Made by a program: the position numbers and the translations under genes. A DNA stretch of 61,930 nucleotides from Rhodothermales bacterium (GTDB taxonomy: Bacteria > Bacteroidota > Rhodothermia > Rhodothermales > Bin80). The stretch's first letter is position 1. The number at the start of each line of letters is the position of its first letter. The notes under the pieces were generated by a model. It was not told the origin of the DNA. It saw only the letters and a list, made by a program, of their open reading frames with translations, and searched no databases. Below, one piece after another: positions 1 through 10,753 of this stretch. The DNA lies in assembly GCA_022820435.1 (NCBI GenBank), contig JAJEFL010000191.1, forward strand, positions 1 to 61,930. Reading direction: 5' to 3'.

Positions 1-240
1 GAGCCGCTTAACGGCATCCCGCTCGGCATCCGGGCCGGCAAAGGAGCATTCCAGAATGACCGGCGGGAACACGCCGTCGTTGATCAAAATGTCGGGCTTC
101 AGGCCCGGCTGCCCGTGCAGGAGACGGGTCTCTTCGACCTGGACGCATTCCGGAGATTCCGACCAGCGCACGCAGGTGCGCCGCAGTGCGTTTCCAAGTG
201 CGCTGTTAAACGATTCTTCTGTGGTTCGTCCGGTCCCCAT
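1..240 (-). CDS. 5' part of a probable restriction-modification enzyme (N-terminal PD-(D/E)xK nuclease domain); runs off the window edge
   Basis: Not in the ORF track. My translation from ATG at 240 is open for 80 codons: MGTGRTTEESFNSALGNALRRTCVRWSESPECVQVEETRLLHGQPGLKPDILINDGVFPPVILECSFAGPDAERDAVKRL. The TEESFN helix, KPDILI and PVILEC resemble the N-terminus of type IIG-like enzymes. Confidence 0.55.
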   Translation of the reverse strand, partial: MGTGRTTEESFNSALGNALRRTCVRWSESPECVQVEETRLLHGQPGLKPDILINDGVFPPVILECSFAGPDAERDAVKRL

Positions 241-510
241 TATGCGGCTTTCGTATGAAATTTTCGGAGGATAGAGGAAAAATCCAAGATAATGATTCTG
301 TATTACATCAAATTTCCAATACTCACTATGGTTCAATGGGATTGCGCCGATTCATCCGCTGGATGAATTTCGACAGTATCTGCATACATGGAATGTATAC
401 TCATGTTTCTTGACAATTCGTCGCGGGGAAGAGGAGAATTCTGAAGTATTATGTGCGGAACGGATCTGCCGGGTAAGAGTTTTGACGGACAGTTCAATTT
501 GGTTTTTACC

Positions 511-984
511 ATGCAAAAATCCTTTTATTTTCTCTCGTTTGGCTGTGTAATCGTGATTGGTATGATGGAGACACCAACGTATGCCCAGTCCGATGAAGCC
601 GATGTTCGAGCTGTGATTGATCGTTTATTTGACGGAATGCGTGCCGGCGACAGTACGATGGTGCGCAGTGTACTGCATGACGAGGCGTTGATGGCCCGGG
701 CCGGTTCACAGGGTCTGCGTATCGGGCCTGCAGATGGATTTGTCCAGGCGGTTGGTACACCGCATGATGAGATATGGGATGAGCGGATCTGGAATATTCA
801 GATCTCGGTGGATGGACGACTGGCTTCGGCATGGATGGAGTTCGCCTTTTTCCTTGGAGACAGACTCAGCCACTGCGGGGTGAACTCAATGCAGTTTTAT
901 CGGACTGATGAGGGCTGGAAGATCATTTATCTGGCGGACACGAATCGTCCTCCCACCTGTGAAGTGTCCCCCAATGGATCCTAG
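511..984 (+). CDS. Secreted NTF2/SnoaL-like (lumazine-binding-type) protein
   Basis: Signal-peptide-like N-terminus ending AQ; motifs VRAVIDRLFDGM, VDGRLASAW, HCGVNSMQ, GWKII. ATG 511 preferred over 451. Confidence 0.75.
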   Translation: MQKSFYFLSFGCVIVIGMMETPTYAQSDEADVRAVIDRLFDGMRAGDSTMVRSVLHDEALMARAGSQGLRIGPADGFVQAVGTPHDEIWDERIWNIQISVDGRLASAWMEFAFFLGDRLSHCGVNSMQFYRTDEGWKIIYLADTNRPPTCEVSPNGS

Positions 985-2477
985 TCGTAGGCCTCTTTTG
1001 TGACATGATCGCCCACAGGTACGGGGTAGCAGCCGGTAAAACATGCATCACAATAGCGGTGCGGACTGTCGTGGGCATCCCCGGCCGCTTTTTTGAGGCT
1101 TTCAATACTCAGATAGGCAAGTGAGTCTACGCCCAGCCATTCTCCTATCGCTGATACATCATCAAATTTGCTGGAAAGCAATTCCTGCTTGCTGGGGAAA
1201 TCCATCCCATAGAAGCAGGGACTCACAACCGTTGGGGAAGCAACACGGAAATGAACCTCTTTCGCACCGGCTTCCCGGATCATCCTGACCAGAAGCTTTG
1301 CCGTGGTTCCCCGAACGATGGAATCGTCCAGAACAACAACAATGCGGTCTTTCAAGACTCCGTCCACCGTATTGAATTTGCATCGAACCCGTAGTTCACG
1401 GCTGTCCTGCCCCGGGGCGATGAAGGTGCGGCCGACATAGTGATTGCGGATCAAACCGATATCGTACTTGCAACGGTATCCAAGCTTCTGACATTCGCTC
1501 ACATAGCCAAGTGTGGCGGTGTTGGAAGAGTCGGGTACCGAGATCACAAGCGGTGCCTTTTCTTCGGTTGGCACACGGGGAACCGGGGCATCATGGGCCA
1601 GCTGCTTGCCAAATTTTCGGCGCACCTTGTCGACCATCTCCCCGTAGATCCGGGAGTCCGGACGGGAAAAATAGATATACTCAAAAATACACTGGCTCAC
1701 CCCATAAGCACCCGAGAGATATTCACTGTGCGGGACCCCTGTCTCACAGGCTTTCCGGTCAATGATGATGACTTCGCCGGGTTCCACATCACGGATATAT
1801 TCAGCGCCAATCATGTCAAAGGCACAAGTCTCACTTGCAATACAGTAGGCAATTCCTCCGCTGCCTTCCTGATTGGGTAATTGCCCCAGTGCCAGTGGTC
1901 GGAATCCGTTTGGATCCCGAACCGCAATCAGACGATTGTCTGTGAGCACGGTTAATGCATACCCCCCTTCCACTTTTTCAAGGGCATCCAGAATTTGATC
2001 CACTTGATTTTTTTGACGGCTCTGGGAGATCAGATGCAGAATAAGTTCGGTATCCGAGGTAGACTGAAAGAGCGTGCCCTTTTCACTGAAGGAGCGCCGG
2101 AGGCCGGTTGCATTGGAGAGATTTCCGTTGTGGGCAACCGCAAGGTTTCCGTCACGATACTGAACATGGAAAGGCTGGATATTGGCGCGATTGACAGAAG
2201 AACCACTTGTAGAGTAGCGGGTGTGACCGATTGCCGATTTGCCTCTAAGAGGGTTCTGGAAAAGATCAGGATTATCAAACACATCCAGAACAAGGCCAAA
2301 GTCACGTACCGCCGACATGATCCGACGCTGCCGCACCGGATCAAAAGAGGAACTGACAATCCCGCACGACTCCTGGCCTCTGTGCTGGAGCGCGTGCAGA
2401 CCGAAGTAGGTAAGGCGGGCGGCTTCCGGCGAGTTGAAGATGCCAAAAATTCCGCAATGGTCTTTTATGCTGTCCAT
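981..2477 (-). CDS. purF: Amidophosphoribosyltransferase
   Basis: Propeptide followed by CGIFG, then LQHRGQE, GHTRYST, AHNGN, the PRPP loop VVLDDSIVRGTT, and Fe-S cysteines (CFYGMD, CDACF). Confidence 0.97.
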   Translation of the reverse strand: MDSIKDHCGIFGIFNSPEAARLTYFGLHALQHRGQESCGIVSSSFDPVRQRRIMSAVRDFGLVLDVFDNPDLFQNPLRGKSAIGHTRYSTSGSSVNRANIQPFHVQYRDGNLAVAHNGNLSNATGLRRSFSEKGTLFQSTSDTELILHLISQSRQKNQVDQILDALEKVEGGYALTVLTDNRLIAVRDPNGFRPLALGQLPNQEGSGGIAYCIASETCAFDMIGAEYIRDVEPGEVIIIDRKACETGVPHSEYLSGAYGVSQCIFEYIYFSRPDSRIYGEMVDKVRRKFGKQLAHDAPVPRVPTEEKAPLVISVPDSSNTATLGYVSECQKLGYRCKYDIGLIRNHYVGRTFIAPGQDSRELRVRCKFNTVDGVLKDRIVVVLDDSIVRGTTAKLLVRMIREAGAKEVHFRVASPTVVSPCFYGMDFPSKQELLSSKFDDVSAIGEWLGVDSLAYLSIESLKKAAGDAHDSPHRYCDACFTGCYPVPVGDHVTKEAYD

Positions 2478-2546
2478 ATGAGGCTCAGCAGCGTAGCAGT
2501 GGTCGATAAGCCATTGAATCCAGTCCGGTCACTAGGGTTTCATATT

Positions 2547-3917
2547 TCAGGGAATTATTCCGTTTGCTTCCCTGCTGTCACTTCGGATCCGGACACGCAC
2601 CAGGCGGATTCGGTTGTTTTCCACTTTTTCCACCAAAATATCCAGCAGATCGTGAGTGGCTGTAAAACCGGGTTCAGGGATATCTCCAGCCAAATGAAAA
2701 ATGAGTCCCCCCAGGGTTTCGAATGCATAGGTGTCTGTCGGCAGCGAAATATCCAGAGCATCATTGAGATCGGTGAGAGGGATCCGTGCATCCACACGGT
2801 AGTCCTGTTCGCCCAGTTTATCAATAAGCGTGTCCCGTGCCTCGTCATGCTCATCTTCAATTTCGCCAACGACTTCCTCTAACACATCGTCAAGCGTCAC
2901 CAGCCCTGCCGTTCCGCCATATTCATCCACGACAATTGCAATATGGGTTTTACGATGTTGAAAGTCCTGCAGCAGGTCATCTAGTTTTCGTCCAAGTGGC
3001 ACAAAAATTGGAGGACGGATGATCTGGTCCCAGTTCACGCTGGTATCAGGTCGGTTAAGGAAGGGGAGCAGATCTTTTGCATAGACAATGCCCTGGATGT
3101 TATCCAGGTGATCTTTATAGAGCGGGAGTCTGGAGTGACCGCAGGATCGAATCAGGTCTAATGCATCTGCCAGAGAGGCGGTGACCGGAATGGCTGACAT
3201 ATCCAGGCGGTTGACCATGATCGTCTGCACGGTGGTTTCCCCCAGATCAAGCAGGGACTGGATCCAGCCATGCTCATCTTCCTCCAGAGATCCATGATCT
3301 TTGCCGATTTCGGCCATTACGCGCAGGTCGTCCGAGGAAAGCAGGTCCATATCCTCGGAATCCCCCCAATTGCGATAAACACCTTGAACACTGTGCGACA
3401 TACGGGTCAGCACGAAGATGACCGGGTACAGGGGGCGGGAGATGATTGCAAGTGCACCTGCAACCGCACGACTGTAGGCGATGGAATGTTGGGATGCGAT
3501 CAGTTTGGGGGTGATTTCGGATACGATCAGCAGCGTGAGCGTGAGCGCAATCACCTCGACGGCAAAGACAACCTCAATGCCGAGGTCAAGGGCTTCGGCG
3601 ACATTTTTTGTCACCATCGCTGCAAGAATTGCGGCAGAAACATTGATCAGCGTATTGAGCAGCAGGATGATGACCAGTAACTGATGCGGTTTTTTCAGGA
3701 GCATCAGAACCCGCCGGCTACGGCGATCTCCCCGTGCAGCGAGTGTTTCCCGGTCTGTGGCACTCAGCGAAAAAAGTGCCACCTCGGAACCGGATACCAC
3801 TGCGCTGGCAAGTAGCAGCAGCAGAAAGACAATAATCTCAGTCGGTGATACCGGCATACCAAACGTCTGGAACAGGAGACTAGGTATGGCCGGAGTGGGG
3901 CCTTCAGGAGGGTCCAA
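2547..3917 (-). CDS. gldE: CNNM/CBS/CorC hemolysin-family membrane protein (GldE-like)
   Basis: [47 protein letters not shown] and ETLGG motifs; MDP- start typical of GldE. Confidence 0.8.
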   Translation of the reverse strand: MDPPEGPTPAIPSLLFQTFGMPVSPTEIIVFLLLLLASAVVSGSEVALFSLSATDRETLAARGDRRSRRVLMLLKKPHQLLVIILLLNTLINVSAAILAAMVTKNVAEALDLGIEVVFAVEVIALTLTLLIVSEITPKLIASQHSIAYSRAVAGALAIISRPLYPVIFVLTRMSHSVQGVYRNWGDSEDMDLLSSDDLRVMAEIGKDHGSLEEDEHGWIQSLLDLGETTVQTIMVNRLDMSAIPVTASLADALDLIRSCGHSRLPLYKDHLDNIQGIVYAKDLLPFLNRPDTSVNWDQIIRPPIFVPLGRKLDDLLQDFQHRKTHIAIVVDEYGGTAGLVTLDDVLEEVVGEIEDEHDEARDTLIDKLGEQDYRVDARIPLTDLNDALDISLPTDTYAFETLGGLIFHLAGDIPEPGFTATHDLLDILVEKVENNRIRLVRVRIRSDSREANGIIP

Positions 3918-3969
3918 ACTGTAAAAGTATTTGGTGCATACGAATCAGACAGGGATGTGTGAATTCACA

Positions 3970-5376
3970 TTAAAAATATTGTCCGGTGACCACAATGAAG
4001 ATCAGAACAATCAATACGGCCAGAGGGCAAATGATTTTGACCAGGAAGCCAACGACCTCACGTCCAGGCATCGGGAATGTTCGATTCCCGCCATCTTCAA
4101 GCGCTGCCAGAAACCTGGGAACGCTCCAGACCCAGGCGACTCCGATACAAATCAGAAATGCCCCGATACTCAATGAATAATTTCCCCAGATATTGTTGTT
4201 CAGAGTCAGAAAGTCAAGATTGAACGGCAGAATGGAACCCTCGCCGCCGCTGAATGCCGGTGCTGCGCCGAATGCGAGTGCGGAAGGTATGGCCAGCAAA
4301 AAGCAGAACCCGGAAACGGCGACGGCCGCCTGATTCCGCTTCCAGCCTTTTTCATCCACAAAGTACGCGACAACCACCTCCAGAAGACTTACGGTTGAAG
4401 TCAGTGCAGCAATTGCAAGTAATGAGAAAAACGCACCGGCAAAGACCGTTCCCAGAGGCATCTGATTGAAAATGGTCGGCAGTACCACAAACACGAGTCC
4501 GGGTCCGGCGAGCGGGTCTGCGTTGGCGAAGAAGAGAGTTGGGAAAATAATGAGACCGGCCAACAGGGCAATCCCGGTGTCTGCCGTTGCAATGAAGATG
4601 CCCGATTTCCACAGATTCTCCCGTTTCGACACGTAGGATCCGTAGGTGATCATTGCGCCCATTCCCAGACTCAGGCTGAACAGAGCCTGTCCGAGTGCTC
4701 CCATGACCACATTCAAACTCAGTTTTGACCAGTCAGGTGTAAACAGATAGATCAGCCCGTCCATGCCTCCCTGAAGGCTGACCGCCCGGATTGCCATGGC
4801 AATCAGCAGTACAAAAAGTGCCGGCATCAGCAATGTGGTCGCCCGTTCAATTCCTTTGGAAACGCCTCCCCGCACAACGAACAGGGTTAAGAGCAAAAAC
4901 AGGCCGCTCAGCAGGATTGGCCAGAAAGGATCGGCTACGAACGAGTTAAAAATTTCTCCACTTGTTTCCCCGTCCTGTGCCTGTATCAGGGCTCCAGAGA
5001 CTGCTTTCCCCAGATATCCTAACGTCCAGCCAGCGATGACAGAATAGAATGCAAGGATACCTGCCCCCGTCAAAACGCCAAGCCCACCCACATAAGGCCA
5101 CATTTTTCCGGGGATCAGAGCCTTGAATGCACCGACCGGATTGCGTCTTGATTCGCGGCCTAGACTGAGTTCCGCCAAGAGTACCGGCAGCCCGATTGCA
5201 AGAACAAAAAACAGGTAGATCAGAACAAACAGGCCACCACCCCCCTCGGCCACTGAGTAGGGGAAACGCCAGATGTTTCCTAGTCCGATTGCACTTCCGG
5301 CGGCCGCCAGAATGAATCCCATCCGTCCGCTCCACTGCCCGCGACTCTGATTGCCGCTTTGTTGAATTGATGCCAT
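3970..5376 (-). CDS. Sodium-dependent transporter, SNF/NSS family
   Basis: GSAIGLGNIWRFPY, QALFSLSLGMG and GPGLVF signature motifs; many transmembrane helices. Confidence 0.93.
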   Translation of the reverse strand: MASIQQSGNQSRGQWSGRMGFILAAAGSAIGLGNIWRFPYSVAEGGGGLFVLIYLFFVLAIGLPVLLAELSLGRESRRNPVGAFKALIPGKMWPYVGGLGVLTGAGILAFYSVIAGWTLGYLGKAVSGALIQAQDGETSGEIFNSFVADPFWPILLSGLFLLLTLFVVRGGVSKGIERATTLLMPALFVLLIAMAIRAVSLQGGMDGLIYLFTPDWSKLSLNVVMGALGQALFSLSLGMGAMITYGSYVSKRENLWKSGIFIATADTGIALLAGLIIFPTLFFANADPLAGPGLVFVVLPTIFNQMPLGTVFAGAFFSLLAIAALTSTVSLLEVVVAYFVDEKGWKRNQAAVAVSGFCFLLAIPSALAFGAAPAFSGGEGSILPFNLDFLTLNNNIWGNYSLSIGAFLICIGVAWVWSVPRFLAALEDGGNRTFPMPGREVVGFLVKIICPLAVLIVLIFIVVTGQYF

Positions 5377-5651
5377 AACTTTGGTTTCTGATTCGACCTA
5401 CCGTGAAGATAGGCGTTTGATATGAATAATGACGCAAGATAAGCAACGGTAAGGATCACAGGCTCTCTCAGGGGATTTCGAAAAATAGCACGAAGCAATC
5501 CAGACAGGCATTGCGCACAGAAAACAGTGACGAATTCATATCCCTTTTACAGGCAGGGAAGCCATGAGCGGTGAGCATGCCGTAGGTGGACTCATGGGAA
5601 ATGCAAATTCTCTATATCCCGGATCAAGTTTGGAGGGGTTCGCCCGTGTCC

Positions 5652-6317
5652 CTAGAAGGGAAGGTCATCTTCTGGTGTCTGTGGAGGAGATGCACTTTCC
5701 GCAGCCGGTGCCTCCGGTTGAGCCGGGTTCTGCTGTATTGGATTCTGCCTTGCTGCGGGAGCAGACTGCGGGGTTGCCGGACCAGGTTGTTGTACTGCGG
5801 GAGCAGGCTGCGGGGCTGCCTGACCGGTTTGTTGCACTGCCGGAGCAGGTGGCTGGTGTACCTGTCCAGGCTGCTGTACGACGGGACCGGGCGGCTGGAC
5901 CACCGGCTGGGCACCGTAGGTCTGCCCCTGTTGAGGCTGTACATAGCCGCCCTGTGCCCCCTGATAGGCTTGTTGTCCGCTCGCGACTCCCAGCACGATG
6001 GCGGTTTGTGCGTTGATTTCGGTAACCCACTTCGTATTTCCCTCACGGTCCTCATACGAACGGTTTCGGAGACTCCCTTCCACAAATACACGAGAATTTG
6101 CATGGGCCTGGTTTTTGAATGCCTCTCCCTTTTGTCCCCAGATGGTGACGCTATGCGTGGATTTGCTCTCTATGAGATTTCCCTCCCGGTTCGTGAACGT
6201 CTCGGTGGTGACCACACGCAGTGAGCAAATCGCTGTATTGGTCTGGGTATAACGAAGGACGGGTTCTTCCCCGATGCGTCCAATAAGGACGACTTTGTTT
6301 ACATTTATGTCTTGCAT
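5652..6317 (-). CDS. ssb: Single-stranded DNA-binding protein with a long Gln/Pro-rich linker
   Basis: NKVVLIGR...VFVEGSLRNRSY OB fold and acidic tail EDDLPF. ATG 6317 preferred over 6392. Confidence 0.92.
   Translation of the reverse strand: MQDINVNKVVLIGRIGEEPVLRYTQTNTAICSLRVVTTETFTNREGNLIESKSTHSVTIWGQKGEAFKNQAHANSRVFVEGSLRNRSYEDREGNTKWVTEINAQTAIVLGVASGQQAYQGAQGGYVQPQQGQTYGAQPVVQPPGPVVQQPGQVHQPPAPAVQQTGQAAPQPAPAVQQPGPATPQSAPAARQNPIQQNPAQPEAPAAESASPPQTPEDDLPF
5753..5878. repeat. Three degenerate 42-bp tandem units within the ssb linker
   Basis: Units begin at 5753, 5795 and 5837 with ctgc(g/c)ggagcag and encode PAPAVQQ-type 14-aa repeats. Confidence 0.75.
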
Positions 6318-6442
6318 GGATTGGATTGTGTTAGATTGTAAGCCCCCTGGCTGCACATCAAACGCATCAGAGCGAGAAACGTCTCCGTGCAACCAGAATG
6401 TGTTCGTTACGAAGTATAAGGATAAATATAAGTCTAGATTGA

Positions 6443-7243
6443 ATGTCCAGAGAAATCTACAACCAGAAGTATTCCGAAGTTAACGACTCCGCTCCTCAGT
6501 GGATCCTTTTGGTCAATGTTATTCGGCAACTCAGAAAACTTTGTCCATGGGACAGGAAGCAGACCCATGCTTCCCTCCGGCATTTGCTGATTGAAGAGAC
6601 CTATGAAACCATTGAAGCACTTGATCAGGGGGATATGCATGCGCTTAGCACCGAACTGGGGGATCTGTTATTGCAAATCATCCTGCACAGTATCATTGCA
6701 GAAGAGAACGGTCAGTTTAATCTGGCGGATGTGCTCGTAACCGTCACGGATAAAATGGTCCGGCGCCATCCGCACGTATTTGGTGAGATTCAGGTATCCG
6801 GGGTGGAAGAAGTGCTTCAGAACTGGGAGTCTCTCAAGGCAGAAGAGCGGGAGGGGCGGTCTGTATTGAGCGGAGTTCCGGCCGGTTTGCCTGCACTCCT
6901 GTCCGCGTATCGGATGCAGGAAAAAGCTGCCAGCGTCGGGTTTGATTTCCCGGATCAGGACAGTACATGGGCCAAGGTGGAAGAGGAAATTCAGGAATTC
7001 AAGTCATCCGAATCCGATGACGAACGTGAACGCGAGTTTGGAGATTTACTGTTTGCACTCGTCAACTATGCACGAAAAAATCACATGAACCCGGAAGATG
7101 CTCTCAGAATTGCAAATCGCCGTTTCCAGAACCGGTTTGAATACGTAGAAGCAAATGTCCCAGATATGAAGACAACGCCGCTGGAAGAATTGGACAGGTA
7201 CTGGGAGGCAGCGAAACGAATGGACAAAGGGACTGGAATGTGA
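6443..7243 (+). CDS. mazG: Nucleoside triphosphate pyrophosphohydrolase MazG
   Basis: CPWDRKQT, EETYE, ELGDLL, RRHPHVF and a second domain with EFGDLLF. Confidence 0.95.
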   Translation: MSREIYNQKYSEVNDSAPQWILLVNVIRQLRKLCPWDRKQTHASLRHLLIEETYETIEALDQGDMHALSTELGDLLLQIILHSIIAEENGQFNLADVLVTVTDKMVRRHPHVFGEIQVSGVEEVLQNWESLKAEEREGRSVLSGVPAGLPALLSAYRMQEKAASVGFDFPDQDSTWAKVEEEIQEFKSSESDDEREREFGDLLFALVNYARKNHMNPEDALRIANRRFQNRFEYVEANVPDMKTTPLEELDRYWEAAKRMDKGTGM

Positions 7244-7600
7244 GCGGGGAGGTTCATAGAGATGGCCTCTCTGTCGTTACACCGCAGCAGTGATGAACTG
7301 GAGTAGAAGGTTTTGGCTACAGTGTCGAAAATACGCTCTGCAAGGATGGGGGTGATAAAATAATCGGTGCCAAAATGACGCGCTGCCGGAAAAGTGCAGG
7401 AAGTCAGGGTAATGGCGGAACAATCCCGGATCAATTGCTGTGAACGGGGGGTGACCTGAGGCGCAGCGGGGAATCCGATTTGGATAGAATCTAAGGGCAG
7501 ACAGCAACCAAATCCGAATCCGTCAGTATACGGTCTCACTGTTGTCGCATACTGGAGTTCCATTGCGCAGGTTCTCAATGAGTACGGGCATGGGAGATTG

Positions 7601-7632
7601 TTTGACTTTTTTCCAAAAGAACCTTATATTTG
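7601..7632 (+). promoter_or_regulatory. Probable housekeeping-sigma promoter of the TonB-dependent receptor
   Basis: TTGACT (7602-7607), 17-nt spacer, TATATT (7625-7630). It also fits TTTG-N20-TAnnTTTG. Confidence 0.55.
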
Positions 7633-7789
7633 TCCGATACTGAACTGGCGTGCATCTGAAGATGTGGCTCACTTGTTGTATAGGTGCTTTATTTTTTCAT
7701 GCAACAGTCTTCCCGTTTTTTCGGGAGGTTCCCCGAGGTTGGGGTGTGCGTATGCGTTCGTCTAATTTCAAAAACAAATTTCATTCAAA

Positions 7790-10702
7790 ATGAAACAAAT
7801 CGTTACTTTATCAACACTAGCACTTGGTTTGCTGGTCGCCCCCCTTGTGGCGGCGCAGGTTACCATAACCGGCACGGTAATGGATGCTGAGACAAATCAG
7901 CCATTCCCGGGTGTACAGGTAATTGTTCAGGGTACCCTGGAGGGTACGGTCACGGATTCTGATGGCATGTATTCTATCTCGGATGTTGTTGTCGGCAGCA
8001 CATTGGAGTTTCGCTTTGTGGGGTATAGAACCCACGAAGTGCTCGTTCTGGAGGATATGAGTGAGGTCAATGTGCAACTGAGCGAGAGCATCCTGGAGAT
8101 AGATGAATTCGTTGTGGTCGGAACACGTCGATTGCCAAGGCTTGTGAAAGATTCTGCGGTTCCGGTTGATGTGTTTGGTCCCAGAGACCTGGCTTCCCAG
8201 ACCAGTTCGGATCTTGATGAGATCCTCCGTACCCAGATTCCTTCTTACAATGTGCAGCGCCACGGGATTGATGATGAGGCCACATTAGTGCGTCCCATTA
8301 CGCTTCGCGGGCTTTCCCCTGATAATGTCGTGGTATTAGTCAATGGTAAGCGACGTCATCGTTCGGCATCCATGGCCCTTCTTGGCAGTTCCCTGAATAC
8401 GGGATCCCAGGGAGCGGATATGAATATGATTCCGAGTATTGCACTGAAGCAGGTTGAGGTACTCCGGGATGGCGCTGCTGCACAGTACGGTGCGGATGCC
8501 GTAGCCGGTGTGTTCAATATGCAGCTTCGTGATAATAATCGCGGGGTACACGTACGGTTGCAGGGTGGCCAGTATGCCGGTGGAAGTGATTTAGTCCCGA
8601 CGGGAATTAACGCTGCAAACGGGCTCAGTGAACATGACTATTCAGGGGTTGGCAGAAATTTCCTGGCCGCCGCAAATGTGGGACTTCCTCTTACAGAAAG
8701 AGGCTTTCTCAATCTAAGCCTTGAGTATCGTGATGCGGATCCAACCATTCGCAGTGGACTCCGCCGGGACGAAGATGCTTTGATTAAAGGGGGGTATCCG
8801 GTCAATAATCCTGCCCAGGTATGGGGAAGTCCAGACGTAAGTAATTCAGTGGTTGGCTTTGTTAACGCTGGAATTGACGTAGGTGAAAATGCACAGGTCT
8901 ACGCATTCGGAGGCTATGGAAATCGCACCTCCGAAGGCGGGTTCTATTATCGTGCTCCTGGGACAGGCAGCGCCAGAGGATCTGTATTCCGGTTTGGGAG
9001 CGGTGACAATGCGGTAAGAGCGGTGGCGGACCTCAATGAAAGCGACGATGTAGTCTGCAGTGAGGTCGTGCCCGGTTTAGATTCGGATTTTGCATCGGTC
9101 AACAATTTCATTTCCCAGTACAAGGGCCAGTGCTTCCTCTTCAATGAATTGTTTCCCGGCGGCTTCACCCCGCGCTTTGGTGCAGACATCTACGATTTGA
9201 GTGTCACCACAGGGGTTCGCGGCGGGGCCGATGCCGGGTTTCGCTGGGATCTGAGCTTTTCCTATGGAAACAGTGACATAAACTATTTTATCTACAACAC
9301 GATCAATGCGTCTATGGGGCCGGACACGCCCACCTCGTTTAAGCCTCGTGGATATGAGCAGGAGGAGATTACCATTTCTGCATCCGGAGTCATCCCGGTT
9401 GATGTAAATGCTTTTGCTACTCCGCTGAGTGTAGCGTTCGGACTGGAATGGCACACCGAGCAGTTCACCACGGAAGGTGGAGATGAGGATTCCTACCGTG
9501 TGGGGAAATATGGAGCGCAGGGATTTAGTGTCGGTTCCAATGGCTATCAGGGGCTGAATCCAAAATTTGCCATTTCAGAGGATCGCCCGAATGTCTCTCT
9601 TTACCTTGACCTGGAGACAGACGTAACTTCTAGTTTAACGTTAGGGGTTGCATCACGCTATGAGAATTATTACAATGACTTTGGACAAACGCTGACGGGG
9701 AAAATTGCCGCGTTGTATCGAGTGACCAGTGGGTTCCGTCTTCGTGGGACGGTTTCAACGGGCTTCCGCGCTCCCACACCTGGTCAGGCAAATCTCTGGG
9801 CGTTACAGACAGCACTTTCCGGTACGGGGGACCAGCTGGTGGAAACAGGACAGCTTCCGCCAACCCATGCGATTTCTGTTGCTCTGGGGGGAGAGGAACT
9901 CACCGAGGAAACCGCTCGCAGTATATCATTGGGCACCATCATTGATCTTTCATCAAAGTTGACGCTGACCCTTGATTACTTCGACATTTCGTTGCAGGAC
10001 AGGATTTCTCTTACCGGTAACATTGCCATCACCGATGAGATTCAGGATATTATAGATGGTCAATCGGAGGATCTTCTGGGTGGTGTAGAAAATTTGAAAG
10101 AAATAAAATTCTTCTCGAATGATTTTGATACCCGCACCCGCGGGATTGATCTTCTCTTGGCGTACGACACAGAGAGCGAAGCAGGAAATGCAACCCAGGC
10201 ATCCATTGCCTGGAACTGGACAGCGACTTCCTTAGAAAAATTCTCTGCACCCCGGCAGATCAACGAATTTCTGGGAAAGACGCTGAGCAGTCCATTTACG
10301 CTCAGTCTTCTGACACCGCGGCGGCAGTTGGAAACTGAGGACCTGAATCCGAAACACCGCATCGTTGTTATGGGACGTCATATACGCGGTTCTGCCAGTG
10401 GAATGCTGCGCCTCAATTATTATGATGGATGGTTTGCCTGCCGCAATAACAGCAATTCATGTGTTAATGGTGGAGTAAGTCTGTTGGATGAGTTTGACTC
10501 GGCGGTCATTGTTGATGCTGAGGTTGGGTATCGTTTTCTTGACAATTATCGTGTCTCTCTTGGGATAGACAATCTGTTTGATACGGTGCCGGACTCACAT
10601 TCCGATGAGACCGGAAGTCAGGGCAATATCCGCCCGGAAAGTACTCCATGGGATTATAATGGACGTGCTTATGTGCTTCGTCTGAGCGCAGATCTATTCT
10701 AG
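7790..10702 (+). CDS. TonB-dependent receptor with N-terminal carboxypeptidase-regulatory-like domain
   Basis: Signal peptide; plug motifs LRGLSPD, VLVNGKRR and VEVLRDGAAAQYGADAVAGV; C-terminal Phe. Confidence 0.95.
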   Translation: MKQIVTLSTLALGLLVAPLVAAQVTITGTVMDAETNQPFPGVQVIVQGTLEGTVTDSDGMYSISDVVVGSTLEFRFVGYRTHEVLVLEDMSEVNVQLSESILEIDEFVVVGTRRLPRLVKDSAVPVDVFGPRDLASQTSSDLDEILRTQIPSYNVQRHGIDDEATLVRPITLRGLSPDNVVVLVNGKRRHRSASMALLGSSLNTGSQGADMNMIPSIALKQVEVLRDGAAAQYGADAVAGVFNMQLRDNNRGVHVRLQGGQYAGGSDLVPTGINAANGLSEHDYSGVGRNFLAAANVGLPLTERGFLNLSLEYRDADPTIRSGLRRDEDALIKGGYPVNNPAQVWGSPDVSNSVVGFVNAGIDVGENAQVYAFGGYGNRTSEGGFYYRAPGTGSARGSVFRFGSGDNAVRAVADLNESDDVVCSEVVPGLDSDFASVNNFISQYKGQCFLFNELFPGGFTPRFGADIYDLSVTTGVRGGADAGFRWDLSFSYGNSDINYFIYNTINASMGPDTPTSFKPRGYEQEEITISASGVIPVDVNAFATPLSVAFGLEWHTEQFTTEGGDEDSYRVGKYGAQGFSVGSNGYQGLNPKFAISEDRPNVSLYLDLETDVTSSLTLGVASRYENYYNDFGQTLTGKIAALYRVTSGFRLRGTVSTGFRAPTPGQANLWALQTALSGTGDQLVETGQLPPTHAISVALGGEELTEETARSISLGTIIDLSSKLTLTLDYFDISLQDRISLTGNIAITDEIQDIIDGQSEDLLGGVENLKEIKFFSNDFDTRTRGIDLLLAYDTESEAGNATQASIAWNWTATSLEKFSAPRQINEFLGKTLSSPFTLSLLTPRRQLETEDLNPKHRIVVMGRHIRGSASGMLRLNYYDGWFACRNNSNSCVNGGVSLLDEFDSAVIVDAEVGYRFLDNYRVSLGIDNLFDTVPDSHSDETGSQGNIRPESTPWDYNGRAYVLRLSADLF

Positions 10703-10717
10703 ATTTTTCATTATAAC

Positions 10718-10753
10718 AAAAAAAAGCCCCAGACTCTCTGGGGCTTTTTTTTT
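10718..10753. terminator. Intrinsic terminator, potentially bidirectional
   Basis: A8-GCCCCAGA-ctc-TCTGGGGC-T9, 15 nt after the TBDR stop. Confidence 0.92.

Noticed and set aside
1995-2882. 295-aa plus-strand ORF and other long antisense ORFs over purF, gldE and the sulfatases
   Set aside because: They are shadow frames of well-supported genes on the opposite strand.
5380-5650. Possible riboswitch upstream of the SNF transporter
   Set aside because: I could not identify a glycine, lysine, SAM or TPP consensus; an Rfam scan would settle it.
5564-6224. Several long alternative-frame ORFs over ssb
   Set aside because: They are explained by the stop-poor, GC-rich repetitive linker.
7081-7578. 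Minus-strand ORFs (165 aa and 76 aa) or an ncRNA between mazG and the TBDR
   Set aside because: No recognisable protein motif or RNA family signature, and the longer ORF overlaps mazG antisense. The region is left unexplained.
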